A stretch of 56,618 nt of DNA from a virus (Duplodnaviria > Caudoviricetes). Positions 18,374 to 26,573 of this stretch are shown here, in pieces; the stretch's first letter is position 1, and each line of letters starts with the position of its first letter. The DNA is taken from IMG/VR virus record IMGVR_UViG_3300043353_000072, positions 1-56,618 of that record; one strand, given 5' to 3'. Made by a program: the position numbers and the translations under genes. The notes under the pieces were generated by a model that was not told the DNA's origin, ran no database searches, and saw only the letters and a program-made list of their open reading frames with translations.

Positions 18374-18715
18374 TCAGTGCAGCAGGTCCCCGAGGCCCAG
18401 GGCCACGAAAGCGGCCTTGAGATCCTCGGAGAAGCCGGGATCAATCCCCGGCCGGCGGCCGTCCCGTTCCTCATACCAGGCGAAGGTTTCCCGGACGTAG
18501 GCCACGAACTCCGCGTCGGTGTCGCAGCGGATCAGCGTGGTGTCCCCCTCCGTGTAGGAGAACCAGATGCGCTTGGTCGGGTTGATCCAGTTGCCGAAGT
18601 ATTCGGCGTCCTGCCGGCTGTCGAACTGGGCGAAGCCGTTGCCGGTGGAGCACGCCCCAAAGTCGTAGAGGTAGCGGCTGGCCGGCGCGAACTCGTCGGT
18701 GCGGTGCACGGCCAT
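18374..18715 (-). CDS. hypothetical protein
   Basis: Aromatic-rich ORF (RYLYDF...DAEYFGNW...YTEGD). Confidence 0.7.
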   Translation of the reverse strand: MAVHRTDEFAPASRYLYDFGACSTGNGFAQFDSRQDAEYFGNWINPTKRIWFSYTEGDTTLIRCDTDAEFVAYVRETFAWYEERDGRRPGIDPGFSEDLKAAFVALGLGDLLH

Positions 18716-18717
18716 GG

Positions 18718-18960
18718 TCAGGCCCTCACCTTGTCGGCGCCGATGATGGCGCACATGGAATAGGACCCGTGCGGTTTGAATTGCTCCACGCCCTCGTAGA
18801 CGTACAGGCGCCGGAGGCGACTGGCGCCGTTTACCTGGATCGTCACCGTCTGTTCGGTGCGGCCCAGGATTTCGAAGGCGTGGATGGAGTCGTGGTCCAC
18901 GATGGAGCGGGTCCAGTAGGTCTTGCCGACTTCGAATTTGGTGGTCATGGCGGGCCTCAC
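18718..18960 (-). CDS. hypothetical protein
   Basis: KFEVGKTYWTRS; packed in the operon. Confidence 0.65.
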   Translation of the reverse strand: MRPAMTTKFEVGKTYWTRSIVDHDSIHAFEILGRTEQTVTIQVNGASRLRRLYVYEGVEQFKPHGSYSMCAIIGADKVRA

Positions 18961-19173
18961 GAGTTGTCGTTGCGGGACATGGTGCGGGCGTACGCCTCGC
19001 TGACCGGTTCGGTGAGCCGGACCTGGGCCGGCCGGACGGAGAAGATCACGGCGATGGGACCGTGCACCGCGCGGACCTTGGCGGCCGGGTCCCCGTCGTC
19101 GGAGATAAGCATGCGGCCCGGGCCGCCCTCCGCCGCGTAGCCGCGCGGCCAGAATTCAACGATCCTCATGGGG

Positions 19174-19353
19174 TCAGCCCTCCGCCGAAAGCGCGGTGTA
19201 GAACCGCTCGCCGCGGGCCATGCCGGCCGCCGCGCGGTCAATCGCCGCCAGCCGCGCCTTGTAGGTTTCCTCGGTCATTTCCGAGGTCATGTAGCGCCGG
19301 TCCAGCGCGTCCGTCTGGCGCGCGGTCCATGCTTCGATTTGTTGTTCAGTCAT
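19174..19353 (-). CDS. small hypothetical protein, first gene after cassette 2
   Basis: MTEQQIEAWTARQTDALDRRYM... (59 aa, below the ORF-track cutoff). Confidence 0.6.
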   Translation of the reverse strand: MTEQQIEAWTARQTDALDRRYMTSEMTEETYKARLAAIDRAAAGMARGERFYTALSAEG

Positions 19354-19372
19354 GTGGGTTCGGCCTTGTCTC

Positions 19373-19433
19373 GCCCGGGCTGCATTGCCCGCGGCGCGGC
19401 TCAGTAATTAGGCCACCATTGCCGCATCGTCAA
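19373..19433 (-). promoter_or_regulatory. early promoter-hairpin cassette, copy 2
   Basis: TTGACG-17-TAATTA then GCCGCGGGCAATGCAGCCCGGGC. Confidence 0.8.
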
Positions 19434-19442
19434 CGGGAAATG

Positions 19443-19482
19443 TGATGCCAACGTATGATTACATCAACATACGTTGGCATCA
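19443..19482. repeat. perfect 15-bp inverted repeat, 10-nt spacer
   Basis: tgatgccaacgtatg-N10-catacgttggcatca. Confidence 0.9.
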
Positions 19483-19495
19483 TGATGTCATGCCG

Positions 19496-20449
19496 TCAGC
19501 CCACCTGATAGTGGCTCCGTTTGGCCAGGAAGTCGGCCCGCGCCTCCGGCAGCACGTTGACCAGGGTGTCGCGGATGAACGACCGGGCGCCGTCCGCGTA
19601 GTGGCGGAAATGACCGCGCCGGATATGCGGGACCGGGCTCGCGTGGTGCCCGTCCCCGGCGGCCTGCCGAGGCCCGCCGTGGCGCGCCCGCAGGGCCGTG
19701 ACGTACGGCCCGGAGTCGATGGTGGTGTAGGGCGGGATCGTCGGCTTGCCGGAGCGCCTCCGCGCCCGGTTCAGCTTGTCCGAGGCGGCTACCACGCGCC
19801 GGTCCAGCCCGTTGGTGTTCAGCAGCATGAGGGCCGCCATCAGCGGGTCCAGGACGTTGCCGGCGGCGGCGTTCTCCGGCGACCCGCCGTTGTTGATTAC
19901 CTCCATGCCGCGCTCGTAGCGCCAGGCCGAGGGCGCCACCGAACAGTTGTACTTCGCGTCGAACGGCATGCCCGGGTCCGGCCCGAACAGCAGCGCGCGG
20001 TCCCCGATGGTCAGCAGGCGCCGGCCGCCGATGCTGGCGGGTTGCAGTTCCACCACCTCGCAGTCATCGCCCACCGGATTGACCAGATAGGCGGCCGTCT
20101 CGTTGAGATCCTCGCCGGGCCGCAGGCCTCCCCAGGTGTGCACGAACAGCCAAGGGTCGCGGAACGGCTGCGGCAGGGCGCCGGCGTAGAACATCTTGGC
20201 GCCACGGTTGCCGCAGTCCATCAGCAGGTCGTTGTCCAGCCGGCCCAGGTCGAAGACGCGGCCCGCCTGGACCGCCTCCACGGCCATCTCACAGGTGACT
20301 TCGACCTCATGCTGGGTGGGCATGTGCTGCGGCGGTCCGGCCTCCGGGAAGGCCTGCGTCACCAGGAAGTCCAGCACCGCCTCGCGGATGCCCGGGACGG
20401 TGGCGTGCCACGGCAGGAAGTCATCGACGGGGTGAGCATAAGTGTTCAT
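19496..20449 (-). CDS. hypothetical phage protein
   Basis: C-terminal SPVPHIRRGHFRH motif. Confidence 0.75.
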   Translation of the reverse strand: MNTYAHPVDDFLPWHATVPGIREAVLDFLVTQAFPEAGPPQHMPTQHEVEVTCEMAVEAVQAGRVFDLGRLDNDLLMDCGNRGAKMFYAGALPQPFRDPWLFVHTWGGLRPGEDLNETAAYLVNPVGDDCEVVELQPASIGGRRLLTIGDRALLFGPDPGMPFDAKYNCSVAPSAWRYERGMEVINNGGSPENAAAGNVLDPLMAALMLLNTNGLDRRVVAASDKLNRARRRSGKPTIPPYTTIDSGPYVTALRARHGGPRQAAGDGHHASPVPHIRRGHFRHYADGARSFIRDTLVNVLPEARADFLAKRSHYQVG

Positions 20450-20678
20450 GGCCGGCCTCCGTGACAGGTGCTGTAGGTGTTGCCGAACGGGTCGGTGCGC
20501 GAGGTGCACGAGGTGCGCGGACCGCCACGCTCCCCGAATGTCTCATGGGTATATCCCAGCGGATCGGTCCGCTCGGACCGGGCCAGGGACCGCTCGGGCG
20601 GCGCGCGGCGGACGGGCTCCGCCACGCAGGCGCCGGCCGCCAGCCCGAAGGCGGCGGCCAGCAGCGTGAGGCGCGGGC

Positions 20679-20975
20679 TCACGGGCGCCCCGTCAGGGAC
20701 GGATGGCGCACGCAGCGGTCGACCAGGGCTTGCCACCGATAGCTGCCAATCGGGCAGCCGCGGGTTTCCAGTTCCCGCGCGATGATGCGGTAGGGCCGGC
20801 CGGCCAGGGCCTCGGCCCGACGCCGGGCCAGGCGCATGCGCTGGACCTCACCGCGCGACACCTGGGTATGGCACTCGCTCGGCGCGTGCCACGCATCGAC
20901 GTCCGCGTGAAGGTCTATCTCGACGGCCTCGCATTTCGCCAGGATGGTGGCCACCCGGCCCAGGTGGCGGATCAT
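20679..20975 (-). CDS. hypothetical protein
   Basis: ATGA overlap with the upstream gene. Confidence 0.5.
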   Translation of the reverse strand: MIRHLGRVATILAKCEAVEIDLHADVDAWHAPSECHTQVSRGEVQRMRLARRRAEALAGRPYRIIARELETRGCPIGSYRWQALVDRCVRHPSLTGRP

Positions 20976-21196
20976 CGGCCGGCCTCCGCCACGTGATACA
21001 GGTCGCCGTCCTGGCGCAACTGTCCGGCGCGCACGAGCCCGCCCATGATTTGCTGGTACTGGTGGAGGGTGCAGCCCTGGCCCATCAGGGCGGCGTAAAT
21101 CACGCCACCCGGCGCCCCGGTCGGGCCAGCGGCCCGGACCGAGTCAATGATGGCGGATGCGACCATGCGCAGCAGGCGGATTTGTTCCTGGGTCAT
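20972..21196 (-). CDS. small wHTH-like hypothetical protein
   Basis: GAPGGVIYAALM...GLVRAG. Confidence 0.6.
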   Translation of the reverse strand: MTQEQIRLLRMVASAIIDSVRAAGPTGAPGGVIYAALMGQGCTLHQYQQIMGGLVRAGQLRQDGDLYHVAEAGR

Positions 21197-21531
21197 CGGC
21201 CGCCTCCGGTCGTCACGCGAAGCTGGAAGGTGCCCACGGCGTTCTCCCCGGTCAGCCGGGTCCAGCCGCAGCGGTCGCAGTAGAAGGAGTCGCCGCCGTC
21301 GATGGCCACCACGTCCGACATGGACATGGAAGCGAAGCGGAAGCCCTCCGGATGGTCCACGTTGAAGACGCGGAACAGTTCTTCCAGGGCGGCCTCAGCC
21401 GGCATGTCCGGCAGGTCGTCGGCCCAGATCATTTCGTAACGGCTGTAGTCGACGTGGCCAATGGCATCCAGCGAACGGTAGTTGAATTCACGCTGGAACT
21501 CGTCGCGAAGGCGCAGGAAACGGTATCTCAT
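21193..21531 (-). CDS. YodL-like domain protein
   Basis: LEELFRVFNVDHPEGF...SMSMSDVV...FYCD..GW. Confidence 0.75.
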   Translation of the reverse strand: MRYRFLRLRDEFQREFNYRSLDAIGHVDYSRYEMIWADDLPDMPAEAALEELFRVFNVDHPEGFRFASMSMSDVVAIDGGDSFYCDRCGWTRLTGENAVGTFQLRVTTGGGR

Positions 21532-21546
21532 GGTGTGGTCCTCTGT

Positions 21547-21605
21547 GCCCGGGCTGCATTGCCCGCGGCTGAACGTATTTAGGCCAAGGTTGCCGGTAGT
21601 GTCAA
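21547..21605 (-). promoter_or_regulatory. early promoter-hairpin cassette, copy 3
   Basis: TTGACA-18-TAAATA then GCCGCGGGCAATGCAGCCCGGGC. Confidence 0.8.
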
Positions 21606-21650
21606 TCCATCAATCCATCATGACAGCATGATGTCACGCGCGCCGGGCAC

Positions 21651-21678
21651 AAAAAAACGGCGCCCGCGAGAGCGCCGT
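21651..21678 (-). terminator. intrinsic terminator
   Basis: ACGGCGCTC-TCGC-GGGCGCCGT followed by a T run. Confidence 0.85.
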
Positions 21679-21736
21679 ATTGAGGGGGGTTTTGAAGTCA
21701 TCGGATACCGCCTGTACATGGCGGCGGGTCGATTCT

Positions 21737-21922
21737 CTAGTCTTCGTCGAGGGGTTCGTCCATTTCATAATGCGGGTCAGTGAGGACCTCCGGGCGGAAG
21801 CCCCTGGTGCGCTCCCGCTCGCATCGATGGCAGGCGAAGGTCAGGAAGATGCCGCGGGCGTCATGGACCGCCCGCGGGTAGTGGCCGCTCCCGCAGCGGC
21901 AGGGTTCGTTGACGATGCTCAT
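21737..21922 (-). CDS. small Cys-rich protein
   Basis: CRCGSG...DARGIF...CHRC. Confidence 0.6.
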   Translation of the reverse strand: MSIVNEPCRCGSGHYPRAVHDARGIFLTFACHRCERERTRGFRPEVLTDPHYEMDEPLDED

Positions 21923-22119
21923 GGCAGGCGCTCCGATCCGCGCACGTCGCAACCGGGCAGGTGGCCCGGGTCGATCAGCCATTGCACCGCGTCCCGCCAG
22001 TCGCGGATGACGCCCGGGCTGTTGCCCTCCGTCCTGGCACGAGCGCGGGCGGCCTTGATGACCGCCCGCTTGTCGAAGCACCGCACGTCGACGGTGATGG
22101 TCACGCAATCATCCGTCAT
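21919..22119 (-). CDS. hypothetical protein
   Basis: Packed ORF. Confidence 0.5.
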   Translation of the reverse strand: MTDDCVTITVDVRCFDKRAVIKAARARARTEGNSPGVIRDWRDAVQWLIDPGHLPGCDVRGSERLP

Positions 22120-22121
22120 GG

Positions 22122-22808
22122 TCAGCCCGCCGCATGCTGGACGGCCGCCACGCCGGCCGGCGTGAGGGACAGCTTCGACTTGGTCTTGGTCGCCATGGCG
22201 GTGACGATCAGGCCGCGCCGTTGCAGGGCGTTCAGCACGCCGGGGACCTGGCGCGGCGGCAGGGCGTGCGGCGTCGGGCTGTCATTGAGCGTCGGGTAGA
22301 GCACCCAGGCGTCCGCTTGGCCGGCGCAGTCGGGGTGGTCATACACGGCCACCAGCACCCGCAGGTGCGCGTCCGGCAGCAGCCCGGGCTCGGCCGCCGG
22401 CGCGGGCTTCGGCGCCACCACGGGAGCGGGGACGGGCTCCGCCACGGGAGCGGCCGGCGCCAGGCCGGTCAGCGCCTCGCAATGGGCCAGCACGGCGGCC
22501 GGGCGGAGGCCCAGCGGCGTCACGCCGGGCAGGGCAGGGACCTGCGGCGTGGGCTTCTTGCGGAGGAATGGCACCAGCACGTCATCCTCCGAGGCGCCGT
22601 TCAGCACGTCCCGGACCTGGGAGAGGAACACCAGGCCGCCCTGGGTGGGGGAGGCCTCGTTCGCGGCGGTGGCGCGGAGGCTGAAACCGCCCTCCACGGG
22701 TGCGACCTCCCAGGCGTCCGCGCGGAGTTCGCCGGCGGAAACGGCCTTCAAGAAATCGCGCTTGCAGTTGGATTTCTGCGTGTAAACCTTGGAAACGTTC
22801 ATGGTCAT
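22122..22808 (-). CDS. hypothetical protein with C-terminal wHTH-like region
   Basis: VLNALQRRGLI...LSLTPAG; first gene after cassette 4. Confidence 0.6.
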   Translation of the reverse strand: MTMNVSKVYTQKSNCKRDFLKAVSAGELRADAWEVAPVEGGFSLRATAANEASPTQGGLVFLSQVRDVLNGASEDDVLVPFLRKKPTPQVPALPGVTPLGLRPAAVLAHCEALTGLAPAAPVAEPVPAPVVAPKPAPAAEPGLLPDAHLRVLVAVYDHPDCAGQADAWVLYPTLNDSPTPHALPPRQVPGVLNALQRRGLIVTAMATKTKSKLSLTPAGVAAVQHAAG

Positions 22809-22818
22809 GGTCCTGGCT

Positions 22819-22881
22819 GCCCGGGCTTCATTGCCCGCGGCTGGATGTGTATTTAGGCCAAGGTTGCCGGTGAGTATAGAC
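22819..22881 (-). promoter_or_regulatory. early promoter-hairpin cassette, copy 4 (atypical -35)
   Basis: CCGGCAACCTTGGCC-TAAATA then GCCGCGGGCAATGAAGCCCGGGC. Confidence 0.75.
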
Positions 22882-22954
22882 CCAATCGTTACGCCTTGAG
22901 CGCATGCCCGGCATGTGATTGCAATCCATCATGACATGATGATACGTTGGCATC

Positions 22955-23596
22955 ATGATGCTAACCCTGGTCATGGCAAGTCAGAAAGGCGGCGTGGGCA
23001 AGACCATGCTCAGTTGCGCGCTCGCGGTGGAGGCGAGCCAGCGCGGGTTCTCGCGCGTGGCCCTGCTGGACCTGGACGAACAGAACGCCTCCACCCGCTG
23101 GGCCATGAAGCGCGAGGCCGCCGGCATGCCCGGCGTCACGATGGTGTCCGGCCGGCGGAGCGGCCACCTTCGCGCCACCGTCACGGGACTGGGCCGGGAC
23201 GGGTTCGACCTGCTGGTGATCGACACGCCGCCGGCGGTGTCCCGCGTGGCGGCCGACGCCATGGCGGTCGCGGACCTGGTGGTGGTCCCCGTCCAGCCGT
23301 CGCCCGATGACGTGGAAGCGGTGGGCGCGACCATCGAACTCGCGGAGCGGTCCGGCGCGCGGACGGTGTTCGTGCTGAACCGCGTCAAGCCCAGGGTCGC
23401 GCTGACCCGGGAGTCCATTATCGCCTTGTCCCAGGGCGGCCCGGTGTCCCCGGTTATGATCTGGGACCGGGTGGTGCACGCCGAGGCCCGCATAACCGGC
23501 CGGGTGGCCGGTGAGCTGCGCCCCGGTGGCAAGGCCGCCGAGGAAATGGCCGCTCTGTGGCTGTATTTGTCCGATCAGTTCAAAAGGAAACACTGA
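22955..23596 (+). CDS. parA: short (type Ib) ParA partition ATPase
   Basis: QKGGVGKT deviant Walker A, DLDEQ, IDTPP; no N-terminal HTH. Confidence 0.9.
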   Translation: MMLTLVMASQKGGVGKTMLSCALAVEASQRGFSRVALLDLDEQNASTRWAMKREAAGMPGVTMVSGRRSGHLRATVTGLGRDGFDLLVIDTPPAVSRVAADAMAVADLVVVPVQPSPDDVEAVGATIELAERSGARTVFVLNRVKPRVALTRESIIALSQGGPVSPVMIWDRVVHAEARITGRVAGELRPGGKAAEEMAALWLYLSDQFKRKH

Positions 23597-23805
23597 TGCC
23601 CGAGGCCGCGCGTTTCAGCCCCGTGAATGATACCGCGACGGAACGCGCGGCCAGGGAACCGGATCGCGCGAAGCTGGTGGTGACCACCGTCCGCCTGCCG
23701 CGCGAACTCCACAAGTGGCTGGCCATCCACGCGGCGACCGAGAACACCTCCATCCAGCAGATCATGCTGGACCTGCTGGGCGAGTACCGGCGCGACCACT
23801 CATAG
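23596..23805 (+). CDS. ribbon-helix-helix partition protein (ParG-like)
   Basis: TTVRLPRELHKWLAIHAA....SIQQIM; TGATG-coupled to parA. Confidence 0.8.
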   Translation: MPEAARFSPVNDTATERAAREPDRAKLVVTTVRLPRELHKWLAIHAATENTSIQQIMLDLLGEYRRDHS

Positions 23806-23840
23806 CGGATCGATGTTAGCACTCATAGCGGATCGATGTT
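23797..23840. repeat. 21-bp direct repeat at a convergent gene junction
   Basis: cactcatagcggatcgatgtt at 23797 and 23820. Confidence 0.9.
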
Positions 23841-24275
23841 CATTTCCTCGGCCCGGCGCAGCCAGCGGTCGATGTCGGCCCGGGTGGCGATTTCGTCCAC
23901 CGAGGTGCGCAGCACGTCCACCAGGGGACCGATCCACGGCCCGGCCACCCATTGCCGGAGGTAGGCCCGCATGGCGCCGATGTGCTCCGGCGTCATGGGC
24001 ATGTTTTCAAGATAGGCCTCCACCGCCGGCCGGAAGGCGCCGGACGTCTCGTGCATCCAGTAGCCGGGGGACGCCGTGACGGTGAATTCTGAGTTGTCGA
24101 TGACGGAGCGCCACGTCCCATCGTCCTGCATCAGCAGCGGCGCGCGGCCCACATGGCCGCCGATCATTCCCTCGAAATCGACCATGATGGAGCGGCCGTT
24201 GGCGGAGGCGAGCGTCACGACGCCGTGGCAGGTCCGGCCCGCGCCGGTGATGATGACCTGATCGCCCAGCTTCAT
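23823..24275 (-). CDS. hypothetical protein
   Basis: MKLGDQV...PGYWMHETSG; ATGA overlap. Confidence 0.65.
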   Translation of the reverse strand: MKLGDQVIITGAGRTCHGVVTLASANGRSIMVDFEGMIGGHVGRAPLLMQDDGTWRSVIDNSEFTVTASPGYWMHETSGAFRPAVEAYLENMPMTPEHIGAMRAYLRQWVAGPWIGPLVDVLRTSVDEIATRADIDRWLRRAEEMNIDPL

Positions 24276-24550
24276 GGCGCGTTCACCAGTTCCACCGTGT
24301 AGGCGGTCAGCGGCCGGTTGGGCTGCCCGTCCGGCCGCAGCGCCCGTTTCAGGCTCTTGGTGCGCCAGAATTCCAGCGCCTCCACGACCGTGGGGAAAAG
24401 CGCCGCCTGGGTGATGTCGTCGGTGGTGGGAATCCAACTCCGGCCGTCATGGCCGGCCACGTCGAACTGACACAGGTAGCGGCCGGACTCCGGGACGAGG
24501 ACCGTGCCATCCGGCATCTGGGCGCCGACCACCTTGATGGCCACGGTCAC
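24272..24550 (-). CDS. hypothetical protein
   Basis: RPDGQPNRPLTAYTV; GTGA overlap. Confidence 0.6.
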   Translation of the reverse strand: MTVAIKVVGAQMPDGTVLVPESGRYLCQFDVAGHDGRSWIPTTDDITQAALFPTVVEALEFWRTKSLKRALRPDGQPNRPLTAYTVELVNAP

Positions 24551-25236
24551 GCGACGGCCTCCACCAGCGCGGGCAGGTACAGGTCCGGCTCGGGCAGCAG
24601 CAGCCGCGCCACGCCCAGCAGCCGGTTTAGTTCCTTGACCGCCGCGGCGTCCTCCGCCTCCGCGATCATGCGTAGCTTCACGGCGCCGTTGGCGAACGCG
24701 TCGGCCGCCTCCCGGGGTGTCGCGCGCCGGCCCAGGGTCCACCACTGAACCGACCCGGTGGGCGCGTCGATTTCCAGCAGCGGCCCATTGTCCATCCGGA
24801 TGACGCGATAGTCCTCCGTTGGCCAGAGCAGCATGATCCCAGGGTTGCGGTCGTCGTGCATGCCCGCCGGGGGAATGATCTTGCCGCCGGGAACCTTGGC
24901 CTCGGGCACCCGACCCATGCGCGGATTGACGATGAACGGGCAGACCATGACGGCATAGGTGGCGCAGTCCAGGTGGCACGGCGGCTCGGACGTGATGCGG
25001 TTGATCGCGCACATCGGACCGATGCAGAACACCAGGGTGCGGCCCAGCGGCTCGCCGCAGACCCAGCAGCGACGGGACTGCCGGTAAACCGCGCGGCGCC
25101 ACTTTTGCGGATCGAACGCGGGGAACACGGGCTCCCCGTCCTTCCAGACCACGAACCAGGGGACAATCCAGCCGCGCTCGTCGCGTGGCAGCGCCGCCAT
25201 GTGCCGAGGGACAGGGGTGGACCTGCGATCACTCAT
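24547..25236 (-). CDS. Cys/His-rich phage protein
   Basis: VPWFV, CWVCG, EPPCHLDC, CPF. Confidence 0.75.
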   Translation of the reverse strand: MSDRRSTPVPRHMAALPRDERGWIVPWFVVWKDGEPVFPAFDPQKWRRAVYRQSRRCWVCGEPLGRTLVFCIGPMCAINRITSEPPCHLDCATYAVMVCPFIVNPRMGRVPEAKVPGGKIIPPAGMHDDRNPGIMLLWPTEDYRVIRMDNGPLLEIDAPTGSVQWWTLGRRATPREAADAFANGAVKLRMIAEAEDAAAVKELNRLLGVARLLLPEPDLYLPALVEAVA

Positions 25237-25345
25237 GCGTGGCCTCCGAGATCCGGAATCCCGCGACGCTACAGGCCGCCGCGGCGCCTGAGAAGCCCGT
25301 GGGCAGGTGTCCGATATTGGCGGACAGTTGGAATGGGGGAGGGGA

Positions 25346-25921
25346 TCAGGTCCGGGTGGCGGTCCTCCGGGCGGCCCAGGCCGCCAGCAGGCGCGCCTGG
25401 ATGCCGGCGTTCACGCGTTCCTGGGTGGCCTTGTCCGGCGTTTCCAGGCCCGCCGGAAGCCTGACTGCCAGGCTGGCCGAGGAACCGTTAAGGATAGGTT
25501 TTACTGGGAAAACAGGCTCGGGAACGGGTCCGGGGTTTTCCGCCGGCGTGCGCAGAACGTAGGCGTTGGAGGTCTGGCGGGCGCCGTGGGCGGTCCGGAC
25601 CATGCGACGTTGCCGGCCGAGCAGGCATAAACGCTCGAGCACGGGCAGCGCGCGGGCCACGGTGCGGGGATGGCAGCGGGCGCGGCGGGCAATGGACTCC
25701 ACTGACGGGTCCAGCCGGCCGTCCGGACCCAGGAAGTCGGGCAAGGCCTCCGCCACGTCCTGGTGGCAGGCGGACAGACTGCCGGCGGAGCGGTGGGCGC
25801 GGACAAGAAACAGGAAGCGGGCGCGTTGTTCCCGGGTGAGCGGCCGGCGGTCCCCGGGTCCATAGACGGAGTCCCGGCGCCAGCGGCGGCCGGGTCGTTG
25901 CGGGTGTTGGCATGTTTCCAC
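25346..25921 (-). CDS. plasmid-type winged-HTH replication initiator (Rep-like)
   Basis: DGRLDPSVESIARRARCHPRTVARAL..LE...L...RR...QTSNAY; GTG start with GGAG. Confidence 0.65.
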   Translation of the reverse strand: METCQHPQRPGRRWRRDSVYGPGDRRPLTREQRARFLFLVRAHRSAGSLSACHQDVAEALPDFLGPDGRLDPSVESIARRARCHPRTVARALPVLERLCLLGRQRRMVRTAHGARQTSNAYVLRTPAENPGPVPEPVFPVKPILNGSSASLAVRLPAGLETPDKATQERVNAGIQARLLAAWAARRTATRT

Positions 25922-26074
25922 GGTGCGAATCTCCGCGAAACCGGCCGCATTCGGGACGCGCGCCTCCACGCCCCAAAATGGGGCTTGTCAAAACGGGCTT
26001 TGATGGTGGAAGGTCCGGAAAGCATTTTGGACCTGGGACGGCCGGCGAAGCCGCTCCACAATCAGATAGTTTTG

Positions 26075-26107
26075 GAAGGCGGCCCTTGTGGCCGCTTTTC
26101 GCTTTCT
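26075..26107 (+). terminator. hairpin plus U-tract antisense to the rep leader (possible ctRNA end)
   Basis: gaaggcggcc-cttgt-ggccgctttt cgctttct. Confidence 0.5.
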
Positions 26108-26250
26108 GGGTGGTTGGGTATCCTTCCGAGACTCCGGCGCGGAGTCCGCCGGCGCGGAAACGCTAGGCCCGGAATCGCAATGATTGCAATGCGCTATTTG
26201 CCCGGGCTGGTATTTTCCCAGAACAGAAGCCCTGAACCGGAGGTAAAGCG

Positions 26251-26532
26251 GTGAAAATCACAGTCCATCCCACCGATCTGTTCTTCCATGCCGGCGACGA
26301 GGCGGTCCGCTTGTGGTCCGGCGTGGACGAGTCGGGCCAGCCGGTGCACGCGCTGATCGCCGTGGTCGTGACGCCCGACAGGCTGGCCCAGGCGCTCCGG
26401 CGCGTCCGGCCGCCCACGGCGCCCGAGTCGTACACCTGCCCACGCTGCGAATCTGTGAGCCACCATCCCGAGGACGTGAAACAGCGGTATTGTGCGCGGT
26501 GCCACCGATTCGAGGACGCCTGGGCGGTCTAG
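26251..26532 (+). CDS. hypothetical protein with C-terminal Zn ribbon
   Basis: CPRC...YCARCH; GGAGG RBS. Confidence 0.7.
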   Translation: MKITVHPTDLFFHAGDEAVRLWSGVDESGQPVHALIAVVVTPDRLAQALRRVRPPTAPESYTCPRCESVSHHPEDVKQRYCARCHRFEDAWAV

Positions 26533-26573
26533 TTTTGTTCCCTGTGGCGGGGGACGATTCGAGGGAGGAAAGA

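Noticed and set aside
19443-19482. Protelomerase telRL site
   Set aside because: Short, with a 10-nt spacer, and no protelomerase gene is recognised.
17700-22881. Repeats as a CRISPR array or integron attC sites
   Set aside because: Copies are 1.3-2.2 kb apart, sit at gene 5' ends with promoters, and no cas or integrase gene is seen.
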